Source: Pseudolabrys sp.
GTDB taxonomy: Bacteria > Pseudomonadota > Alphaproteobacteria > Rhizobiales > Xanthobacteraceae
Assembly: GCA_036398395.1 (NCBI GenBank)
Contig: DASWPX010000114.1
Location: 1 to 40,123 of the forward strand
Length of the DNA: 40,123 nucleotides
Reading direction: 5' to 3'
Shown here: piece after piece, positions 38,899-40,123 of the stretch
Numbering within the stretch: position 1 is the first letter of the stretch
How the letters are laid out: each line of letters begins with the position of its first letter
The notes under the pieces: generated by a model
What the model saw: the letters and a program-made list of their open reading frames with translations, nothing else
Databases searched by the model: none
What the model was told of the DNA's origin: nothing
Program-made: the position numbers and the translations under genes

Positions 38899-39957
38899 TT
38901 AAGCCCGCTTGGGCTTGGTTAAGGACATTTGGCGGCGCGCCGGCGCCCTTTCAACGCTGATCGTGTCGCCGGTTAGTGTCACAATTGCGCCGGCGAGACT
39001 GCGCCGAAAACGGCCATTTCCGGCCCTTTGGGCGTCATCGAGCGCGGCTTTGAGCGCTTCCAGCTTGCCGAGTTCGACCGGGCCTTCGCGGCCCAGTTCG
39101 GTCACCGCGCGGCCCAGGAGCCGCAACGCGATTTCGGCCGGCAAGCGGGCATACTCGGTGGCTTCGAACACGATTTCGCCAGGCCGGTCCGGATCGGCGG
39201 TCACGCCGGCAAAAGCCCGATCGACTGCGGCTTCGATCGCGGCATCGGCACGCTTGAAACGCGACGCCAGCAGCGCAAGCCTGCGCGCATCGAGACCCTC
39301 CTCGGCCAGTTGCGGCATCAGCGTGCGCAACCGCGCCCGGGTGAAGCGCGGGTCGCGGTTGGTCGGATCGTCGGCAAAAGGAATTTTCGCCGCAGCCAAC
39401 GTGGCGATCAGCCGCGCCTTGGCAATGCCGAGCAGCGGGCGCACGAGCTTGACCTCGCCCTCGCCGCATCCCGGCAAATTCGAGATACGCGCCATCGCGC
39501 CGAGCCCGGTGACACCGCTGCCGCGCAACAAACGGATGATCACGGTCTCGGCCTGATCGTCGAGCGTATGCGCGGTGAGAACGTGCGCACTGCCGGTTTT
39601 CCGCGCGGCCTCGCCGAGCAGGCGATAGCGAGCGTGACGCGCCGCCTGCGGCAGGCCCGCCTTCGGCTTCTTGCCGCTCCAGCGCAAGGTGCGATGCGCA
39701 ATTCCGAGCTTGCGCGCCACCCGGGCAACGTTGATCGCCTCGCCTTTGGATTCCGCGCGCAGGCCGTGGTCGACGGTGACGGCGACGAGCTTCGGCGCGA
39801 TTTTCCGTGCATCGCGCCAGCGCGCGGCCAGGACCATCAGCGCGACGGAGTCAGGTCCGCCGGACACCGCCAGCACCAGCACGGGCAAATTGACGAAATC
39901 GGAGAATAACGATTTGGCTTCGGCGGCCGAGACTACTGACGAGTCAGCAGTGCGCAC
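38899..39957 (-). CDS. tilS: tRNA(Ile)-lysidine synthase
   Basis: AVSGGPDS, VDHGLR, AHTLDDQAET, RPLL, DPTN. Confidence 0.97.
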   Translation of the reverse strand: MRTADSSVVSAAEAKSLFSDFVNLPVLVLAVSGGPDSVALMVLAARWRDARKIAPKLVAVTVDHGLRAESKGEAINVARVARKLGIAHRTLRWSGKKPKAGLPQAARHARYRLLGEAARKTGSAHVLTAHTLDDQAETVIIRLLRGSGVTGLGAMARISNLPGCGEGEVKLVRPLLGIAKARLIATLAAAKIPFADDPTNRDPRFTRARLRTLMPQLAEEGLDARRLALLASRFKRADAAIEAAVDRAFAGVTADPDRPGEIVFEATEYARLPAEIALRLLGRAVTELGREGPVELGKLEALKAALDDAQRAGNGRFRRSLAGAIVTLTGDTISVERAPARRQMSLTKPKRA

Positions 39958-40123
39958 GCTTCTGTTCCTGGTCGACGCCGCGCTTCACGCCGGCCGAAGC
40001 GCGCGGAAATTTGCGTGCCACTTCGGCGAGCGTCGCGCAGGCCGCTTCTTTCTGATTGAGCGCGGCGAGCGACTGGCCGAGACGCAACAGCGAATCCGGC
40101 GCCTTGCCGGACTTTTCGTATTT
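39944..40123 (-). CDS. cpoB: Tol-Pal protein CpoB/YbgF, 3' end (partial)
   Basis: KAPDSLLRLGQSL...AACATLAEVARKFP...RAHC*; cpoB-tilS-ftsH order. Confidence 0.9.
   Translation of the reverse strand, partial: KYEKSGKAPDSLLRLGQSLAALNQKEAACATLAEVARKFPRASAGVKRGVDQEQKRAHC

Overview
GC-rich alphaproteobacterial (Hyphomicrobiales/Rhizobiales, Xanthobacteraceae/Nitrobacteraceae-like) chromosomal window, mostly core and metabolic genes. In order: 3' end of probable hisS, transglutaminase-like, DUF3617 and SnoaL genes, hisZ-hisG, a GtrA/GT2/YdjC-deacetylase glycosylation module, L,D-transpeptidase, orphan CheZ-like gene, MFS, lipoprotein, CIRCE-controlled groES-groEL, a clan GH-A-like hydrolase, META protein, dienelactone hydrolase, a Liv-type ABC importer, a BclA/YddA-type ABC transporter, a TorF-family porin, a Rossmann-fold protein, a small Lys-rich protein, glcDEF, cytochrome c2, a FixK-box USP-GNAT pair, TetR/TPP-enzyme/NIPSNAP, MFS, azlCD, ftsH, tilS and the 3' end of cpoB. 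I saw no rRNA, tRNA, CRISPR array, transposase or prophage. I found no clear-cut novel multi-gene system. The best leads are an in-frame amber stop that cuts off the probable conserved HisG C-terminus, followed in frame by a gene remnant; an lgm/naxD-like amino-sugar donor module lacking its transferase; a FixK-box USP plus stand-alone Pat-type GNAT; a porin with an Ala-Asp N-terminus, CxxC and poly-Asn; and a histone-H1-like microprotein. All family assignments come from motif recognition by eye, not database searches.
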